Assembly (NCBI GenBank): GCA_038885755.1
Contig: JAVZZH010000003.1
Coordinates: forward strand, 64,001 to 128,000
Reading direction: 5' to 3'
DNA length: 64,000 bases
Source: Candidatus Caldarchaeum sp.
GTDB lineage: Archaea; Thermoproteota; Nitrososphaeria_A; Caldarchaeales; Caldarchaeaceae
The position numbers were made by a program, and so were the translations under genes. This document shows, piece by piece, positions 60,793-64,000 of the stretch; the first letter of the stretch is position 1, and every line of letters starts with the position of its first letter. Under the pieces are notes generated by a model that saw only the letters and a program-made list of their open reading frames with translations, was not told where the DNA came from and did not search any database.

Positions 60793-61185
60793 ATGTCCAC
60801 AAGGGATGAGGTTGTAGAGTATTTCAGGAGAGAGCTCGGGTGGGTTCCAGAGTTCGTGGAGCTTCTGGCCGAGTATACGCCGACGGCCCTTAAGGGGATG
60901 CTGGAGTTCAGACGTGGCTTTATGGCCGAGCCTCCCGCCGGCGCCCTCCCCAAGAAAGTGAAGGAGCTAATCTTCATCGTATTGGACACAGTCTCCAACA
61001 ATGTTGAAGGTGGTAAGGCTCATGCCAGAGCAGCGGTAAAGGCGGGCGCCACCGTGGCTGAGATTGCTGAAGCCTTGGTTATTACCATGTATCTCAGGGG
61101 TGTTCCAACGATGGAGGTGGCTGGAAAAGAGATTCTAAAGGCCGCCATAGAGACGGCGGGGGCAGGTAGGTTAAAGTCAGGCTAG
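60793..61185 (+). CDS. Carboxymuconolactone decarboxylase/AhpD family protein
   Basis: GALPKKVKELI...HARAAVKAGATVAEIAEAL. Confidence 0.85.
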   Translation: MSTRDEVVEYFRRELGWVPEFVELLAEYTPTALKGMLEFRRGFMAEPPAGALPKKVKELIFIVLDTVSNNVEGGKAHARAAVKAGATVAEIAEALVITMYLRGVPTMEVAGKEILKAAIETAGAGRLKSG

Positions 61186-61289
61186 GGTCATCATAAGAAG
61201 AGCGAGCCTTAGAAGCACCATGTTAATCCTGAGACCCGTCTTTTCTGGAGTTTTGGCTGAATTCCATGCTCCGAGCCCCCAGATCCAAA

Positions 61290-61490
61290 TTATCCTGCAT
61301 CATCCGAAGCAGCTTCTTTCCCCTTAGGTTTGAAGTATATGTTGGCGTTGAGAAGTGCAGCCAGCGATGCCAGCCCACCCACTAGGATCATCGCCCCGTG
61401 CCTCGTGCTTATGACTGTTAGTTGAAGTAGCCCCATGTAGAGGACTAGGCCGACGCCGCTCAGCCTGATAGACCATAGCATGTATTCCAT
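61290..61490 (-). pseudogene. Hydrophobic fragment of a decayed membrane protein
   Basis: Two TM-like segments with no clean upstream frame; divergent from the DtxR pseudogene. Confidence 0.3.
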
Positions 61491-61908
61491 GGACTTTTGT
61501 CTCGAATTCCCTAGCGTCGCGGCTTCACCAGATATGTTATTCCGCTACCCTAAACCTCTGGTGGAGCTATTGGGAGGATGAGGTATGGTCTGTTGGTAGA
61601 AGGGGCAGCATCCAGCTCACGGTATGGGCAGCGTCTGACTCTGCGGCTTCCAACCCGACCCTCAACATATCGGGTTTCCCCCTAGGGGCCTTCTAAAGAG
61701 GTCAGGAATAGATGATATTCGCCGGCGTCCAATCTCCGTCATGTCCACCACACCCCCATCATCAACAATCCCTACACGAACACCAACACCGGTCACACGG
61801 AAGCGGACCGGCAGCAGCATCACACCAGCCAATGTTCAACGACCGTAAAGGATTTTTGAAGCTGACGCTTCCACTGACTCGAGAATCGGTTGGATAAGCA
61901 AACTTAAA

Positions 61909-61941
61909 TTTAGGCCGAACCTAATTTAGGGCGTGCCTAAA
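61909..61941. promoter_or_regulatory. Two tandem TTAGG-N5-CCTAA palindromes (DtxR/MntR-type operator)
   Basis: TTAGG ccgaa CCTAA (61910-61924) and TTAGG gcgtg CCTAA (61926-61940) directly upstream of a DtxR-family gene. Confidence 0.75.
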
Positions 61942-61948
61942 AATAAAC

Positions 61949-62390
61949 TTGAATCATATTAAGGCTAGGTATCTGTCTGAGATATACCGTATGTTGGAGA
62001 GGCGTGAGGTTGTTGCCGCAGGCGTGTTGGCTGAAATGTTTCGAGTTAAGCCATCCTCGTCGTGGACGTGGTGGAAAGGCTGCGGAGAAAGGGCTTAATC
62101 GAGAGGCCCGCTTGGGGTAGGATGATCCTCGCTAGAAAAGGGTTTGAAACAGCCTCGAAGATTATACATAATCACAGGGTTCTGGAACCTTATTTCAGGA
62201 ACAAGCTTGACCTGCCACCTGAAGAAACTTGCAGTCAGCCCCTCCTTATTGACTATATGATCGGCGACCTTGTAGGTAATTAAAAAGATGTGTGAGAGGC
62301 TTAGCTGGAAGCCCCGAAAATGGCTGGTAAAGGGATGCAAGGATAGGTATGGCGACAAACCGTTTCACGAGGTTCTGGGCAGTATAAGGC
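61949..62390 (+). pseudogene. DtxR/MntR family metal-dependent regulator pseudogene
   Basis: RYLSEIYRM....LAEMFRVKPSS, frameshift, then VDVVERLRRKGLI.....G...A.KIIHNHRVLE. Confidence 0.8.
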
Positions 62391-62618
62391 TTAAGCTGTC
62401 CAAAACAGTATGGCAGGCTTTATACATACCAGACATAGTTTAAAGGAAGAAATGATGAGAGACCTTTCTTCCATCCCTGATATCCCCACGATATAAAATG
62501 GGGAAAGGATACTGTACCGTATGTGAAGAGACTTACGGGAACATGGATGGATGTCCAAACTGCCACAGAACCCTGAGAAAAAACCCAAGAAAAAAGCAGG
62601 CAGATGAATAAGGTATAT

Positions 62619-62692
62619 CGCCGGGGGCCCGATTTGAACGGGCGACCGACGGGTTAACAGCCCGCCGCTCTACCAGGCTGAGCTACCCCGGC
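62619..62692 (-). tRNA. tRNA-Asn(GTT), no intron, CCA not encoded
   Basis: GCCGGGGTAGCTCAGCCTGGTAGAGCGGCGGGCTGTTAACCCGTCGGTCGCCCGTTCAAATCGGGCCCCCGGCG folds into a cloverleaf with anticodon GTT. Confidence 0.97.
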
Positions 62693-62718
62693 TGGTTTTT
62701 GGTTTCCGTTGTTTTTTA

Positions 62719-63555
62719 TTAAGTGTTTATCATGGTGGTTGCGGCTGCGGCCAGCGCTATTCCGGCGGCTCGGCGTTTTCCGAGCTTTTCATGGAGGATT
62801 GTTTTTGCGAGCAGCACCGTTGAAACGGGGTAGAGGGATGAGAGCACGCCTGCTACGTCGAGCCTTCCTGCTTGGCGGGCGAGAAGGTAGAAGAAGCTTC
62901 CAGCCGTGTCGAAGACGCCGGCCGCAACTACGTAGGGCAGGGCCTTGGATAGGGGTGGTGTGCTCTTCACGGATCGTATGACGGCGAAAGCCAGCCCAAC
63001 CGTCAAAAGCCTCGACACCATCAACGGGTAGAGGTAAGAGCCTTCAGACACCTGTCCTAGGAAGACTAGGAAGAGGCCGAAGCACAGCCCGGCGGCCGCC
63101 GGCAGTAAAGATACCGTCCGAGGCCTGAGATGGTCTGTCGAAAACCCGGCCACCAGCGCTATGCTTGCAAAAGCTAGGAAGAAGCCGAATGCTTGCTGCA
63201 CCGAGGGACTCCCCTCCAGAAAAGAGCCCGCAGCCGCAGGCACGACAGCGGTCAAGACGCCTGTCGCAGGCGCTGCGTACCCCATGCTTCCCCTCGACAG
63301 GGCTGCGTAGTAGAAGGTCAGTCCGAGGCCGCTGAAGACTCCTCCCAGCATCGACCAAACCAAATCAGCCAAGCTCGGCGGCTGCTCGCCCGTCCACAAC
63401 GCCAAGAATAGCAGCAGCGTGCATCCGATTGCCTGAGAATACGCAACCACGCCCGAGACACGAGCCTTCATCGAGGCGTAGCCGCCGAAGAAATCTCCAG
63501 CACCCCACGTAAAAGCTGAAGCGAGGCCGTACAGTGTTGCAACGGTTTCGGTCAA
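62719..63555 (-). CDS. DMT/EamA family transporter
   Basis: WGAGDFFGG, YYAALSRG.M, LSSLYPVSTVLLA...LHEKL; about ten TM segments. Confidence 0.88.
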   Translation of the reverse strand: MTETVATLYGLASAFTWGAGDFFGGYASMKARVSGVVAYSQAIGCTLLLFLALWTGEQPPSLADLVWSMLGGVFSGLGLTFYYAALSRGSMGYAAPATGVLTAVVPAAAGSFLEGSPSVQQAFGFFLAFASIALVAGFSTDHLRPRTVSLLPAAAGLCFGLFLVFLGQVSEGSYLYPLMVSRLLTVGLAFAVIRSVKSTPPLSKALPYVVAAGVFDTAGSFFYLLARQAGRLDVAGVLSSLYPVSTVLLAKTILHEKLGKRRAAGIALAAAATTMINT

Positions 63556-63627
63556 AACCAGCTACCTCGCATAACGGGGCCCGTAATAAACCGTGAGCCA
63601 AAAACTAAATGATGGATGACATGGTAA

Positions 63628-64000
63628 ATGGTCGTGAATGCTGTCGAGGTCGATGGGCTCTGGCGTTTCTTCGGGCAAACACCTGTGTTGAGGAACGTGG
63701 AGCTGTCGGTCGAGGAGGGCGTGGTTTTCGGGGTGATAGGCCCGAACGGAGCTGGCAAGACAACGCTTTTCAGAATCCTAGCAACGCTTCTGAAGCCCAG
63801 CCGGGGACAAGCCAGAGTCTTCGGGAAGGACGTCCTGAAGGAGCCGGCTGAAGCGAGGAAGCTCGTCTCCTACCTGCCGGAAGAGGCTGGAGTTTACAGA
63901 CACCTGACGGGAATAAGCTTCCTCAAGATGATGAAAACCCTCTACAACATGGACTCATCAGCTGTCGAGAGGGGTGCTGCAGTCTCAGGCCTGGGCGAAG
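63628..64000 (+). CDS. ABC transporter ATP-binding protein (partial, runs off the window)
   Basis: MVVNAVEVDGLWRFFG...GPNGAGKTTLFRILATLLKP...SYLPEEAG. Confidence 0.88.
   Translation, partial: MVVNAVEVDGLWRFFGQTPVLRNVELSVEEGVVFGVIGPNGAGKTTLFRILATLLKPSRGQARVFGKDVLKEPAEARKLVSYLPEEAGVYRHLTGISFLKMMKTLYNMDSSAVERGAAVSGLGE

Larger units (their letters stand above)
22760..62618. mobile_element. Genomic island adjacent to tRNA-Asn (left boundary approximate, 22.8-24.0 kb)
   Basis: Visible shift to lower GC and different codon usage, accessory catabolic genes, IS remnants, many pseudogenes; core-style genes resume immediately past the tRNA; no integrase or att repeat found. Confidence 0.65.

Noticed and set aside
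62450-62490. C/D box sRNA (ATGATGA...CTGA)
   Set aside because: Only one C/D pair, 18 nt apart; no second box pair or terminal stem

Overview
Archaeal chromosomal DNA (L39e, Rpo6, thermosome, aeNAC, archaeal ThrS). A TACK / Nitrososphaerota (Caldarchaeales-like) origin is my inference only. The window has three zones. (1) ~1-22.7 kb is a dense, intact, GC-rich housekeeping block (argF, hflX, thrS, sufS, ino1, thermosome, pheA, ilvD, tmk, sufU). It also holds an ArsR-HTH / ATP-cone / degenerate class III ribonucleotide-reductase fusion and a small RHH regulator missed by the ORF track. (2) ~22.8-62.6 kb is a visibly more AT-rich accessory island abutting the 3' end of tRNA-Asn(GTT). It is packed with catabolic genes: paired MaoC hydratases resembling a split mesaconyl-CoA hydratase, acyl-CoA dehydrogenase, CoA transferase, Mcl/CitE lyase, PrpD-like protein, three beta-hydroxyacid dehydrogenases, two LLM oxidoreductases, ALDH, 2-oxoacid/acetoin dehydrogenase E1 with a split E2, a Liv-type ABC importer, an orphan Mo-hydroxylase large subunit and several hydrolases. 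It also carries about a dozen pseudogenes and IS6-family remnants sharing a terminal repeat. (3) After the tRNA the core genome resumes (DMT transporter, ABC ATPase). The best candidates for new biology are a ParB-CTPase/HTH protein fused to a kynurenine-formamidase-like cyclase domain lying divergent to the ABC operon, the dead-RNR transcription factor, and an archaeal C5-dicarboxylate / N-heterocycle catabolic module. No CRISPR array, rRNA or integrase was seen. All calls come from reading motifs by eye; no database searches were run.
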